Source: Alphaproteobacteria bacterium (lineage in GTDB: Bacteria > Pseudomonadota > Alphaproteobacteria > UBA828). Taken from it: DNA of 64,000 nucleotides. The notes beneath the pieces were generated by a model that had not been told where the DNA came from, did not search any database, and saw nothing but the letters and a program-made list of their open reading frames with translations. Every line of letters begins with the position of its first letter. Within the stretch, counting starts at the first letter, position 1. The stretch is taken from assembly GCA_965221125.1 (NCBI GenBank), contig CBDCRW010000003.1, positions 416,001-480,000 on the forward strand, given 5' to 3'. A program made the translations under genes and the position numbers. This document shows, piece after piece, positions 37,142 to 47,388 of the stretch.

Positions 37142-38572
37142 CTACCGCTGCGTGAGCTTCAGCTCGATGCGGCGGTTGCGGCGGTGGGCGATCTCGTCGT
37201 CGCGGTCGTCGAGGGGCTGGAACTCGCCGTAGCCGGTGGCACTCAGGCGCTCCGGCGGGATGCCGAGGGCGATGAGGAAGTTCACCACCGAGATCGCGCG
37301 CGCGGTCGAAAGCTCCCAGTTGGACGGGAAGCGCGCCGTCTGGATCGGCCGGGCATCGGTGTGGCCGTCGACCTGCAGGATCCACGGCAGCTCCGTCGGG
37401 ATCTGATCCATGACCTCCTTGAGGACCTGGGCGAACTGCCAGAGGCGCTCGTGGCCTTCCGCCTCCAGCTGGTCGGAGGCGGAGGCGAACAGCACCTCCG
37501 ACTGGAAGACGAAGCGGTCGCCGATGATGGTGAAGTCGCGCCGCTCGCTCAGCACCTCGCGGAGGCGGCCGAAGAACTCGGAGCGGTAGGCGGCGAGCTC
37601 CTCGACCTTGGCGGCGAGCGCCATGTTGAGGCGCTGGCCGAGGTTGGCGATGGTCACCTCCTGCTCCTCGCTCTTCAGCTCGGAGATCTGGAGCGCCTGC
37701 TCGACGCGGCTGAGCTGCGCCCTGAGCGCGTCGAGCTGCTGGTTGAGGACGGCGATCTGGTCGCGCTGGCGGGCGCTCAGCGCGCGGGTCTCGCTCATCG
37801 ACGCCTCGTTGCCCTCGATGGTGGTCTGGGCTGCCAGGTGAAGGGCCTGCACCTCGGCGAGGCGGATTTCGCGTTCCTCCAGCGTGCGCTGGGCGAGCAC
37901 CGTGCGCTCCTGCTCGTCCGACAGGCGCGCCTCCAGCTCCGCCGTGGTGTCCCGGAGCGCGGAGAGGTCGGCGCGCACGGCCGCCGTCTCGTCCTCGCTC
38001 TGGTCGAGCTCGCTGCGGCTTTCCACCAGCGCCGCGGCCATCAGGCTGACCTTGGCTTCGAGGTCCCTGCGCACGGCCTGCAGCGCGTCGACGTCGCGGC
38101 GCAGGCGCTCGACGTCGGAGAGCAGGACCTTGATCTTCTCCTCGCCGGCATCGGCCCTGATCGACGCCTGGGCGGCTTCGGCGAGCGCGGTCTGCCCCTC
38201 GCCGGTCATCTCCCTGAGCCGGAGCTGCAGCGTGTCGCGCTCGCCGGTCACCATCGAGAGCTCGGCGATGAGCTGGTCGCGGACGGAGAGCGAGGACTGA
38301 AGCTGATCGGCGAGCTGGGCGATGTTGAGCCTGAGGTCCGCATTCGCCTGCTGCTCCAGGGAGAGCATCTCGTCGAGGCTGTTCAGCTCCGCCTGGATGT
38401 CGTCCTTTTCCTCGGCTTCCTCCGAGAGGGTCCGCTGCAAGAAATATTGCGCCAGCATGTAGACGACGAGCAGGAAGATCATGACCAGGAGCAGCGTCGA
38501 CATCAGGTCGACGAATCCGGGCCAGTAGTCGGCGCGCGAGCCTCTGCGTCTCAGGCGCGATGCGGCGTTCAC
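37142..38572 (-). CDS. OmpA/MotB-domain peptidoglycan-binding protein with long coiled coil
   Basis: YWPGFVDLMSTLL TM segment, coiled coil, VDGHTD, SNWELSTARA, RRNRRIELKL. Confidence 0.9.
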   Translation of the reverse strand: MNAASRLRRRGSRADYWPGFVDLMSTLLLVMIFLLVVYMLAQYFLQRTLSEEAEEKDDIQAELNSLDEMLSLEQQANADLRLNIAQLADQLQSSLSVRDQLIAELSMVTGERDTLQLRLREMTGEGQTALAEAAQASIRADAGEEKIKVLLSDVERLRRDVDALQAVRRDLEAKVSLMAAALVESRSELDQSEDETAAVRADLSALRDTTAELEARLSDEQERTVLAQRTLEEREIRLAEVQALHLAAQTTIEGNEASMSETRALSARQRDQIAVLNQQLDALRAQLSRVEQALQISELKSEEQEVTIANLGQRLNMALAAKVEELAAYRSEFFGRLREVLSERRDFTIIGDRFVFQSEVLFASASDQLEAEGHERLWQFAQVLKEVMDQIPTELPWILQVDGHTDARPIQTARFPSNWELSTARAISVVNFLIALGIPPERLSATGYGEFQPLDDRDDEIAHRRNRRIELKLTQR

Positions 38573-38596
38573 CGGGCGGCCTCCCGCGCTCAGCCT

Positions 38597-39748
38597 CTAG
38601 CGGCGGTTGTTTTCCGCGACCGCCGCTATGGTCCGGGCAAGGAGCTTGATCTCGCTGCGCAACTCGGAAACCGACTGCTCCCGCCCGGAGACACTCTCCT
38701 CCAGGAGGCGCTGGAGATAGACGTCCATGTTGCGCAGGTGGGCGCGGCTGGGCTCGTCGAGGCCGGTCTCGCGGGTGGCGCCGGCCGCGAGCCGCTCCAG
38801 CACCGGGCGCATCTCGAGCTGGTTCTCGACCAGCTTGACCATAAGGTCCTGCTCGGAGCGCATGTGGTCCGTGAGCGTCGCCAGCCGCTCGGTGAGCGAG
38901 AGCAGGTTGGCGGACGACGACGCCCGCTGCTCCTCGCCGCGGGCGAGCGTTCGCTGCAGGTCCTCCAGGCTGTCGGCGGTCTTCTCCAGGAGCGCGCTGA
39001 CGTAGGCCGGAACCGACTGGTCGCCGTCCATCCCGAGCGTGCCGCCGGTGAGCCGGGTGTAGGAGGAGAGCCAGTCCTCGAGCTCGTTGTAGAAGCGGTT
39101 CTGCGCCTGGCTCGCCTGCAAATCGAGAAAGCCGAGGACGAGCGAGCCGGCAAGGCCGAAGAGCGACGAGCTGAAGGCGGTGCCCATCCCTTCGAGCGGG
39201 GCTTCGAGGCCGCCCTTGAGGTCGTCGAAGACGCCGAGCATGTCCTGGTTCGCGACCGAGAGATCGCCGATCACGCCGCCGACGGAGGTTACGGTCTGGA
39301 GCAGGCCCCAGAACGTGCCGAGCAGGCCGAGGAAGATCAGCAGGCCGATCATGTAGCGCGAGAGGTCGCGGGACTCGTCGAGCCGCGAGCCGATGCCGTC
39401 GAGCAGGCTGCGCAGTGAGACGGCGGACAGCGTCATGCGGCCCTGCCGGTCCGCCAGCATGGACGCGAGCGGCGCCAGCAGGCGCGGATTGCGCGCGGAC
39501 GCCGGCGCCGCCGCGCCCGGCACCTCGGCCTGCTTCACCGCCGCCAGCCAGGACGAATCGGGCTTCAGCAGCAGGACCTGCCGGAAGTTGTAGACGATGC
39601 CGATGATCAGGGCGCCGAGGATGACGCCGTTCAGCACCGAGTTGGCGAAGAATGCCTCGGCCAGGGTGCCGATCAGCACGACCACGACCCCGACCACGAG
39701 GGCCAGGAACAGGCTCATGCGAATGAGGAATGGCCGCTGTCCGCTCAT
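38597..39748 (-). CDS. MotA/TolQ/ExbB-like membrane protein
   Basis: FLGLLGTFWGL, GMGTAFSSSLFGL; partner of the MotB-like gene. Confidence 0.87.
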   Translation of the reverse strand: MSGQRPFLIRMSLFLALVVGVVVVLIGTLAEAFFANSVLNGVILGALIIGIVYNFRQVLLLKPDSSWLAAVKQAEVPGAAAPASARNPRLLAPLASMLADRQGRMTLSAVSLRSLLDGIGSRLDESRDLSRYMIGLLIFLGLLGTFWGLLQTVTSVGGVIGDLSVANQDMLGVFDDLKGGLEAPLEGMGTAFSSSLFGLAGSLVLGFLDLQASQAQNRFYNELEDWLSSYTRLTGGTLGMDGDQSVPAYVSALLEKTADSLEDLQRTLARGEEQRASSSANLLSLTERLATLTDHMRSEQDLMVKLVENQLEMRPVLERLAAGATRETGLDEPSRAHLRNMDVYLQRLLEESVSGREQSVSELRSEIKLLARTIAAVAENNRR

Positions 39749-39846
39749 CGCCTGTCCGTCATCCCCGCCGCATCCGGCCGGCAATCCAAGGACGCCCGCC
39801 GGCTTCCTCGGCGGCCGTCGCACAACCCACGGTAGCGGGCCACACT

Positions 39847-39896
39847 ATTACACGCTGGCGCAGGCCGACAAATTACACGCTGGCGCAGGCCGACAA
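39847..39896. repeat. Perfect 25-bp tandem duplication ATTACACGCTGGCGCAGGCCGACAA x2
   Basis: Read directly. Confidence 0.9.
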
Positions 39897-39956
39897 CCGG
39901 CCGCCCGGACGATTCGCGCGCCATGCAATCGCTTGCGCATGTCCTGCCAGCCTGGC

Positions 39957-40958
39957 CTAGCCGCCCGAGCGCGCGCGGCCCGCGCCGGCCAGCGGGTGCC
40001 CGGCCTCGACCAGGCGCTTGAGCCGCTCGTCGAGGACGTGGGTGTAGATTTCCGTCGTCGCGATGTCGGCGTGGCCGAGCATCTTCTGCACCGCGCGCAG
40101 GTCCGCGCCGTGGGCGAGCAGATGGCTGGCGAAGGCGTGACGCAGCGCATGCGGCGAGACCCTGCCGGGCTCGATCCCGGCGTCCTGCGCCAGCGCCTTG
40201 AGCAATTGCGCGAGGCGGTGCCGCGTTAGGTGGCCGGACGCGCCGCGCGACGGGAAGAGCCAGCGCGACGGCGCGCCTGCCGCCAGGTGACGCTCGCGCA
40301 CCGCCAGATAGGCTTCGAGGGCCGCGCGCGCCGGCGCCCCCAGCGGGACCATGCGCTCCTTGTCGCCCTTGCCACGCACCAGCAGGGATCGCGTCTCCGC
40401 CGAAATCGTCTGGAGCGGGAGCGACACCAGCTCCGAGACGCGGAGCCCGCTGCCGTAGAGCAGCTCGATCATGGCCCGCAGGCGAAGGCCGTCGGCCGCG
40501 CGCTTGCTGTCTGGCGTCGCGTTCGCGTCGTCCGCCGGGCAGGCAGCGCTCAGCAGGCTCTCCACCTCCGCCTCGCTGAGCACGCCGGGGAGCGTGCGGG
40601 GCAGCGTGGGCGAATCGACCGGCGCGGTGGGATCGTCGTCGCGCCGCCCGTCGGTCAGCAGGAAGCGGTAGAACTGGCGCAGGCACGAGAGCCGGCGCGA
40701 CGCGGTCCGCGCTGCGACCCCGGCGCGGCTCTGCGAGGCCATGAACCCGCGGATGGCCTCGGACTCCGCGTCGACCAGCGCGACGCGGGAGGGCGCCAGA
40801 TGGGCCGCGAAGCAGGCAAGGTCGCGCCGGTAGGCGTCGATCGAATTGAGGGCGAGCCCGCGCTCCGCCACCGCCATTTCGAGAAAGGCCTCGATGGCGG
40901 CGGAGTCCGCCGTGCCGAGCGCCGCTGCGGCCGATGCGGGCCGCCCCCTGCGCTTCAA
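39957..40958 (-). CDS. xerD: Site-specific tyrosine recombinase XerD
   Basis: FLEMAVAERG, LYGSGLRVSELV, GKGDKERMVP, SPHALRHAFASHLL, LGHADIATTEIY; start uncertain (TTG overlapping upstream stop). Confidence 0.9.
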   Translation of the reverse strand: MKRRGRPASAAAALGTADSAAIEAFLEMAVAERGLALNSIDAYRRDLACFAAHLAPSRVALVDAESEAIRGFMASQSRAGVAARTASRRLSCLRQFYRFLLTDGRRDDDPTAPVDSPTLPRTLPGVLSEAEVESLLSAACPADDANATPDSKRAADGLRLRAMIELLYGSGLRVSELVSLPLQTISAETRSLLVRGKGDKERMVPLGAPARAALEAYLAVRERHLAAGAPSRWLFPSRGASGHLTRHRLAQLLKALAQDAGIEPGRVSPHALRHAFASHLLAHGADLRAVQKMLGHADIATTEIYTHVLDERLKRLVEAGHPLAGAGRARSGG

Positions 40959-42826
40959 AGCCCTGCCGCCAGCGCCGCCTCGAAGGCGATCGCCCGCGCC
41001 TCTTCGCCAAGGCCGGCAGCAACAAGGCCGGAGACCACCGGCCCCACGGTGGGCAGGCCGGCAGCGGCGGGGCCGCCGTCGCCCAGCAGGATCAGCGCCA
41101 TCAGGACGGTCTCGCCGAGCTGGCCCCCTTGGGCCGCCATGCGAAGGCCGTGCACCAGCGCCGGCATCGGTGCCGGAGCCGGCATCGGCCGCCCCTCGGC
41201 CAGCAGGCGATCCCACACCTCCGGGTCGATCTGCCCGCCGAGCGCGTCGACCAGGATGGCCAGCCAGTTGGCGCGCGCGAGGGCGACGGCGCGCTCGCCT
41301 TCCTCCGCCCGCAGCGCCAGCCACACCTCGAACGGCGCCGTCTTCAGGTGAATCTCGTCGCCGCTCAGAAGCCGCAAGGGCCAGAGCCGGACCGCGGCCC
41401 GCGCCGCCTCGGGATCGCGCTGCGCCTCCGCGCCGGCGAGCGCGTACCAGGCTTCGGCCCCTTCCCGGTCCCCGGCGGCGAACAGCGCGCGGCCGGCCGC
41501 GCCGCTGAACCAGACATGCTCCGCCGTGGGCGGGACGGTCTGCACCACGTGGGCGAGCGCGCGCGCCGCGGTCCCGTAGGCGCCCTGCGCCTCGGCGAGG
41601 AAGAGGGCCGTCGCCAGCAGCTCGGCCCGCAAGGCCGGCGCCGTCTGCGCTTCGACCGCCTGGAGCATGAGGGAGCGGCCGAGCGCGGGCTCCAGTGCTT
41701 CGACCTGCGCCAGCGCATCGGCCTGCTCCTCCGCCGAGAAGGCCATCTCCCGGTAGAGGGCGCGCAGAGCCTCGATGGAGAGAGCGCCGGTCGCCTCGGC
41801 GCGTTCGGCCGCCATCAGCCGGGTTCGCGGCAGCGATTCGGGCGCGGAGACGATGGCCGGCAGCAGGTCCGGCGGCGCCGTCGTCGCCGCCTGGGCAGGG
41901 ATCGGCAGCTGTGCCAGCCGCCAGGCGGCGACTCGGAGCGGCGTGGGATCGGCGCTGCCGTCCACGGCCGGCTCCGCCAGCCCGGCCATGGCGTAGATCG
42001 TGTCGTCGAAGGCCAGATCGGGCGCGGCGTCCGTTTCCCACAGGAGCTCGAGGCCGAGCGTCGCAGCCTCGATCAGGCCGGCGTGCGCCTGGCAGAGAAT
42101 GCGCACCCTGCGCCAGTAGCCATCCCCCCTCCCGGCCTTGCCCAAGACCCGCTCGCAGGCTGCGGCGTAATCGAGCGCCGCGAGCCAGCGGTCGTTCCTG
42201 ATCCGGGCGATGGCGTCCGCGCCGCCGGGCGGGCCGGCAGCCTGAAGCAGGGCGATGGCGGCGTCGCGGGCCCCCATGGCGGTGAGGCGCTCGACCCGTG
42301 ACATGGCCAGCGCGCCCGCCGCGCCGGGGCCCGCAGGCGGCGCCGCCGGCGAGGTGAGCAGCGAGAGCGCCAACCCCCGCATGACCGGGGACGGCGCAGA
42401 CGCCGGCAGTCGCGGCAGCAGGGCTTCGATCCTCGCCCGGCGCGAGCCCGACCAGATGTCGCCGGGGAAACGCGCGACGCCCGCCAGAAGCACGCCGGCG
42501 GCATCGGGGTCGATGGCATCGAGGGCGCCGACCTCGATGCCACTCTCGGCCGAGTCGGGAAGGGTCGGCACGGGCAGGTCGACTTCCCCCAGGTCGATGA
42601 TCGGCTCTACATCCAGAGCCGGGGTGCCGGCCTCGCCCGCCGCCGGGCCGCCGTCATTGGCTTCGTCCGGCTGCTCGGGTATCAGCCGCAGCGGCCCGTC
42701 GTCGTCCTGCGCGACGCTCTCGCCCATGGTCGCAGCCAGCAGCAGCGCGATCGAAACGAGGGCGGCGCGGGCGGCCAGGCGCGCATACCGGCCTGCCGGA
42801 GAACGGGCAAGGACGGATCGCAGCAT
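40955..42826 (-). CDS. Exported Ala-rich hypothetical protein (usual upstream neighbour of xerD)
   Basis: Signal-peptide-like N-terminus, W-x-G-S motif, ends AFEAAL; coupled to xerD. Confidence 0.72.
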   Translation of the reverse strand: MLRSVLARSPAGRYARLAARAALVSIALLLAATMGESVAQDDDGPLRLIPEQPDEANDGGPAAGEAGTPALDVEPIIDLGEVDLPVPTLPDSAESGIEVGALDAIDPDAAGVLLAGVARFPGDIWSGSRRARIEALLPRLPASAPSPVMRGLALSLLTSPAAPPAGPGAAGALAMSRVERLTAMGARDAAIALLQAAGPPGGADAIARIRNDRWLAALDYAAACERVLGKAGRGDGYWRRVRILCQAHAGLIEAATLGLELLWETDAAPDLAFDDTIYAMAGLAEPAVDGSADPTPLRVAAWRLAQLPIPAQAATTAPPDLLPAIVSAPESLPRTRLMAAERAEATGALSIEALRALYREMAFSAEEQADALAQVEALEPALGRSLMLQAVEAQTAPALRAELLATALFLAEAQGAYGTAARALAHVVQTVPPTAEHVWFSGAAGRALFAAGDREGAEAWYALAGAEAQRDPEAARAAVRLWPLRLLSGDEIHLKTAPFEVWLALRAEEGERAVALARANWLAILVDALGGQIDPEVWDRLLAEGRPMPAPAPMPALVHGLRMAAQGGQLGETVLMALILLGDGGPAAAGLPTVGPVVSGLVAAGLGEEARAIAFEAALAAGL

Positions 42827-42846
42827 GGGGCTACCGGGAGGCGCTC

Positions 42847-42975
42847 TCACTTCTCGAAGCGCTCATTGGACAGCACCTTTTCGATCTGGCCGCTGGGCGG
42901 CGGAATGTCCCAGGTCAGGAGGAATCCGATCCCGCCACCGATGATGAGCAAGAGAATGACGACGAGGACTTTCAA
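42847..42975 (-). CDS. Small single-pass membrane protein (42 aa)
   Basis: Manual translation (TTG start, GGAG/GAGG upstream): MKVLVVILLLIIGGGIGFLLTWDIPPPSGQIEKVLSNERFEK; below the ORF-track cutoff. Confidence 0.75.
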   Translation of the reverse strand: MKVLVVILLLIIGGGIGFLLTWDIPPPSGQIEKVLSNERFEK

Positions 42976-43142
42976 GGTGACGTGCCCTCACTCCTGAACG
43001 CAGGCGGGCCGCGAATCAGCCCGCAGGCGTGCGTTGCTTGTGTGCTAGAGTCCGATTATGGCGACGGTGTGGCAGTCTATCGGCGCGGACGCGGCGCTTC
43101 AACGACGCGCGATGCGGCGGGGCGGAGCGTGCCGCTGAGCCA

Positions 43143-43736
43143 ATGACGTCGAACGCAGGGTGCCCGCGAATCGAGTGCTCGATCGTCCTCGTGGGCCTGA
43201 TGGGTGCAGGAAAGAGCGCGATCGGCCGCCGGCTCGCCAGCCGGCTCGGCATGCCCTTCGTCGACGCCGATACCGAGATCGAGCGCGCCGCCGGGTGCTC
43301 GATCACCGACATTTTCGAGCTGCACGGCGAGGCCGCCTTCAGGGACGGCGAGCGCCGGGTCATCGCCCGCCTGCTGAGCCGCCCGGCGCACGTGCTGGCG
43401 ACGGGCGGCGGCGCGTTCATGGACCCGGAGACGCGCGCGGCGGTCCGGGCGAGCGGCATATCGGTGTGGCTGCGCGCCGGTCTCGACCTGCTGGTCTCCC
43501 GCGTCTCGCGGCGCAGCAACCGCCCGCTGCTGGCAGGGGGCGATGCGCGCGAGATCCTGCAGCGCCTGATCGCGGAGCGCCATCCCGTCTATGCCGAGGC
43601 CGACGTCGTGGTCGACAGCATGGACGGGCCGCACGAACAGACGGTGGATGCGGTGCTCGACGCGATCGCCGCGCACCTCGACGTGCGGCGGCGGGAAACG
43701 GGCTCGGAGCCGCCGTCGCTGGGGATCGAGGCCTGA
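43143..43736 (+). CDS. aroK: Shikimate kinase
   Basis: VGLMGAGKSAIG, DADTEIE, ATGGG, RPLL. Confidence 0.95.
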   Translation: MTSNAGCPRIECSIVLVGLMGAGKSAIGRRLASRLGMPFVDADTEIERAAGCSITDIFELHGEAAFRDGERRVIARLLSRPAHVLATGGGAFMDPETRAAVRASGISVWLRAGLDLLVSRVSRRSNRPLLAGGDAREILQRLIAERHPVYAEADVVVDSMDGPHEQTVDAVLDAIAAHLDVRRRETGSEPPSLGIEA

Positions 43737-43740
43737 GCCG

Positions 43741-44937
43741 GTGGATACGACCAATCCCGACCAACGACCCGCCGAGGCCCGGAAGGGCGAGACCCGGGAG
43801 GGCGACGCCCGGGAGACGGTGCGCGTGGCGCTTGGCCCGCGCAGCTACGACGTGCTGGTGGGCGCCGGCCTGCTACGCGAGGCGGGAGAGCTGCTCGCCC
43901 CTCTCCTCCCCGGCCGGTCCGTGGTCGTGGTGACCGATACCGTCGTGGCGGAGACGTACCTCGACCCGGCGCTGGCCGCCTTGCGGGACGCGGGCTTCGC
44001 GTGCTCCCACGTGACCGTCGAGGCGGGCGAGCACAGCAAGGACCTGGCGACGCTGGGCGGCGTGCTCGACGACATCCTCGGCCGCGGGATCGAGCGCTCG
44101 ACCGCGCTGATCGCGCTCGGCGGCGGGGTGGTCGGCGACCTCACGGGCTTCGCCGCGAGCGTGCTGCTGCGTGGCGTCCCCTTCGTGCAGATACCGACGA
44201 CGCTCCTCGCCCAGGTCGACAGCGGCGTCGGCGGCAAGACCGGCGTCAACAGCAGCCACGGCAAGAACCTGATCGGCACCTTCTACCAGCCGCGCCTGGT
44301 GCTGGCCGACGTGGCGACGCTGGGCACGCTGCCGGCGCGGGAGCTGCGGGCCGGCTACGCCGAGATCGTGAAGTACGGCCTCATCGATGACCCCGATTTC
44401 TTCGCCTGGCTCGAGGAGAACGGCGCGGCGCTGCTCGCGGGCGACCGCGACCTGCTGCGCACGGCCGTGGCCCATTCCTGCCGGGCCAAGGCGCGCATCG
44501 TCGCGGCCGACGAGCGCGAGAGCGGCAGCCGCGCCCTGCTCAATCTCGGCCACACGTTTGGGCATGCGCTGGAGGCGGAGACCGGCTACGACGGATCGCT
44601 CCTGCACGGCGAGGCGGTGGCGTACGGCATCGTGCTTGCGCATCGCCTCTCCGCAGCTTTGGGTCTTTGCAGCGAGGATGACGCGGCGCGGGCGGCGGCT
44701 CATTTCCGCGCGGTGGGCCTGCCGAGCGAGGCGGGCGCCCTGCCCGCGATCCGCTGGGATCCTCTCGCGCTGATCGAGCGCATGAAGCGCGACAAGAAGG
44801 TGCAGGACGGACGCATGACGTTCGTGCTCACGCGCGGCATCGGACGCGCCTTTCTCAGCCAGGACGTTCCGCCTGAGGCGCTTGGCGCGCTGCTCCATCA
44901 GGCTTTCGGCGAAGGAGGCCGTGCCGCCTCCCGCTAA
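43741..44937 (+). CDS. aroB: 3-dehydroquinate synthase
   Basis: GGGVVGDL, PTTLLAQVDS, GGKTG, LNLGHTFGHA, LHGEAV. Confidence 0.96.
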   Translation: MDTTNPDQRPAEARKGETREGDARETVRVALGPRSYDVLVGAGLLREAGELLAPLLPGRSVVVVTDTVVAETYLDPALAALRDAGFACSHVTVEAGEHSKDLATLGGVLDDILGRGIERSTALIALGGGVVGDLTGFAASVLLRGVPFVQIPTTLLAQVDSGVGGKTGVNSSHGKNLIGTFYQPRLVLADVATLGTLPARELRAGYAEIVKYGLIDDPDFFAWLEENGAALLAGDRDLLRTAVAHSCRAKARIVAADERESGSRALLNLGHTFGHALEAETGYDGSLLHGEAVAYGIVLAHRLSAALGLCSEDDAARAAAHFRAVGLPSEAGALPAIRWDPLALIERMKRDKKVQDGRMTFVLTRGIGRAFLSQDVPPEALGALLHQAFGEGGRAASR

Positions 44938-44967
44938 TTCCCGACCACAATTCCCGACGATACGGCC

Positions 44968-46254
44968 ATGACGACCGAGACAGCCATCACCATCGGCGCG
45001 ATCGGCCTCCTGATCGCGCTATCGGGCTTCTTCTCCGGCTCCGAGACCGCGTTGACCGCGGCCTCCCGCCCGCGCATGCACCATCTTGCCGGCGAGGGCG
45101 ACAGGCGTGCGCGCGCGGTCGAGCGTCTCACCGGCGACCGCGAGCGTCTGATCGGCGCCATCCTGCTCGGCAACAACGCCGTCAACATCCTCGCGTCGGC
45201 GCTGGCCACGAGCCTGCTGATCTCGTTCGTGGGCGACGCCGGCGTGGCCTTCGCGACCATCGGCATGACCCTCGTCATCCTGGTCTTCGCCGAGGTCCTG
45301 CCCAAGACCTACGCGATCCGCGATGCCGACCGGGTCGCTCTGCGCGTAGGCCCGGTGCTGCGCCCCATCGTGTGGCTGCTCTCTCCCATCGTGAGCGCGG
45401 TGCAACTGGTCGTCTCGGCGACGCTCAGCGTGGCCGGCGCGTCCCAGGAGACGAGGCCGGCGAGCGCCGCCGAGGAAGAGCTGCGCGGCACCATCACCCT
45501 CCAGGCGCGCGAGGGCGAGATGGTCAAGCACGAGCACGACATGCTCCACAGCATCCTCGACCTCGAGGACGTCGATGTCGGAGCGGTCATGACCCACCGC
45601 AAGACCATGGAGATGGTCGACGCCGACGCCACGCCCGCCGACATCCTCGACCAGGTCGTGCGCAGCCCGCACACGCGGCTGCCGGTCTGGAAGGGCGAGC
45701 CGGACAACATCGTGGGCGTGCTGCACGCCAAGGACCTGCTGCGGGCGGTGCATGCCAACCTCGACGACCTCGACCGCCTCGACATCCTCTCGATCGTCGC
45801 CGAGCCCTGGTTCGTGCCGGAGACGACGCCGCTCGACGAGCAGCTTCACTCGTTCCGCGAGCGGCAGGCTCATTTCGCGCTGATCGTCGACGAATACGGC
45901 TCGCTGATGGGCCTCGTGACCCTCGAGGACATCATCGAGGAGATCGTGGGCGAGATTGCGGACGAGCACGACATCGCGCCGGGCGCGGTGGTGGAGCGGG
46001 CGGACGGCTCGTTCCTGATCCCCGGAACCGTGGCGATCCGCGACCTCAACCGGGCCTACGACTGGGACCTGCCCGACGAGGAGGCGGCTACGATCGCGGG
46101 CCTCGTGCTCAACGAGGCGCAGGAGATTCCCGAGATCGGCGAGTCGTTCTCGCTCTACGGCTTCACCTTCGAAGTGCGCGCCCGGAAACGCAATCAGATC
46201 ACCCGGCTCCGCGTGATCCCGCGCAAGGGCCACGGGGCGAGAGGCACCGCCTGA
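44968..46254 (+). CDS. HlyC/CorC (CNNM-CBS-CorC) family transporter
   Basis: FFSGSETA, EVLPK, CBS pair, VDEYG, TLEDIIEEIVGEI. Confidence 0.93.
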   Translation: MTTETAITIGAIGLLIALSGFFSGSETALTAASRPRMHHLAGEGDRRARAVERLTGDRERLIGAILLGNNAVNILASALATSLLISFVGDAGVAFATIGMTLVILVFAEVLPKTYAIRDADRVALRVGPVLRPIVWLLSPIVSAVQLVVSATLSVAGASQETRPASAAEEELRGTITLQAREGEMVKHEHDMLHSILDLEDVDVGAVMTHRKTMEMVDADATPADILDQVVRSPHTRLPVWKGEPDNIVGVLHAKDLLRAVHANLDDLDRLDILSIVAEPWFVPETTPLDEQLHSFRERQAHFALIVDEYGSLMGLVTLEDIIEEIVGEIADEHDIAPGAVVERADGSFLIPGTVAIRDLNRAYDWDLPDEEAATIAGLVLNEAQEIPEIGESFSLYGFTFEVRARKRNQITRLRVIPRKGHGARGTA

Positions 46255-46431
46255 CGCATCCCGGCCGGACCTGCGGCGAGCTTGCGAATCCGGCGCGGGA
46301 CCCCATATGCCGCGGGCTAAGCAGGCGGCCTCAAGCCATGCCGGCGGTGCCAAAAAGCACATTCCGATTATCTGAAATGCAAATTTCCGCGCGTGTCGTG
46401 CTATATGGGCGCAAGGTGAGCGGGCGACTCG

Positions 46432-47388
46432 ATGACCAGTTACCTCGATTTCGAAAAGCCGATCGCGGAGATTGAGGGCAAGCTCCAGGAGCTTCGCCAT
46501 CTCAGCGACGACAGCGGCGTCAACATGCTCGACGAGGTTTCGCGCCTCGAGGGCAAGGTCGACCGCCTGCTGCGCCAGACCTACAGCCGCCTCACGCCGT
46601 GGCAGAAGACGCAGGTCGCCCGCCATCAGCTCCGGCCGCACTGCTCCGACTACATCGCGCGGCTCGTCACCGACTTCGTGCCGCTCGCGGGCGACCGCGC
46701 CTTCGGCGAGGACCGCGCCGTCATCGGCGGGCTCGGGCGCCTGCGCGGCCACACCACCATGGTGATCGGCCAGGAGAAGGGCGCCGATACCGAGGGCCGG
46801 GTCGCGCACAACTTCGGCATGGCCAACCCGGAGGGCTACCGCAAGGCGGAGCGGCTGCTGAGGCTGGCGGAGCGCTTCCAGGTGCCGGTGCTGACGCTGA
46901 TCGACACGCCGGGCGCCCATCCCGGCGTCGGCGCCGAGGAGCGCGGGCAGGCCGAGGCCATCGCGCGCTGCATCGAGGCCTGCCTCGACGTGCGGGTGCC
47001 GATGGTCGCGCTGGTCATCGGCGAGGGCGGCTCGGGCGGGGCGATCGCGCTCGGCGTCGCCAACCGGGTGCTGATGATGGAGCACGCGGTCTACTCGGTG
47101 ATCTCGCCCGAGGGCTGCGCGTCGATCCTCTGGCGCGACGCGGCCCACGCGGAAGTGGCGGCGGAGGCGCTCCGGCTCACGTCGGAGGACCTGCTGGAGC
47201 TCGGCGTGATCGATACCATCGTGCCCGAGCCCGTGGGCGGCGCGCACCGCGATGCGGTGAGCGCGATCGACGAAGCCGGCGCAGCGCTGGAGGAGGCCTT
47301 CACGGCGCTGCGCGGCCTCGACGGCGCGGCGCTCCGCAGCCAGCGCCGGAAGAAGTACCTGGCGCTCGGCAGCATCGCCGAGGATTAG
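46432..47388 (+). CDS. accA: Acetyl-CoA carboxylase carboxyltransferase alpha
   Basis: [37 protein letters not shown]. Confidence 0.97.
   Translation: MTSYLDFEKPIAEIEGKLQELRHLSDDSGVNMLDEVSRLEGKVDRLLRQTYSRLTPWQKTQVARHQLRPHCSDYIARLVTDFVPLAGDRAFGEDRAVIGGLGRLRGHTTMVIGQEKGADTEGRVAHNFGMANPEGYRKAERLLRLAERFQVPVLTLIDTPGAHPGVGAEERGQAEAIARCIEACLDVRVPMVALVIGEGGSGGAIALGVANRVLMMEHAVYSVISPEGCASILWRDAAHAEVAAEALRLTSEDLLELGVIDTIVPEPVGGAHRDAVSAIDEAGAALEEAFTALRGLDGAALRSQRRKKYLALGSIAED

Noticed and set aside
37142-39748. MotA/MotB-like pair as Zorya (ZorAB) defence or flagellar stator
   Set aside because: Core-like GC, no zorC/D/E or flagellar genes; matches the widely conserved alphaproteobacterial pair near rpmE.
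39957-40958. Tyrosine recombinase as prophage/ICE integrase
   Set aside because: Sequence and aroK/aroB context fit housekeeping XerD; no phage or conjugation genes nearby.
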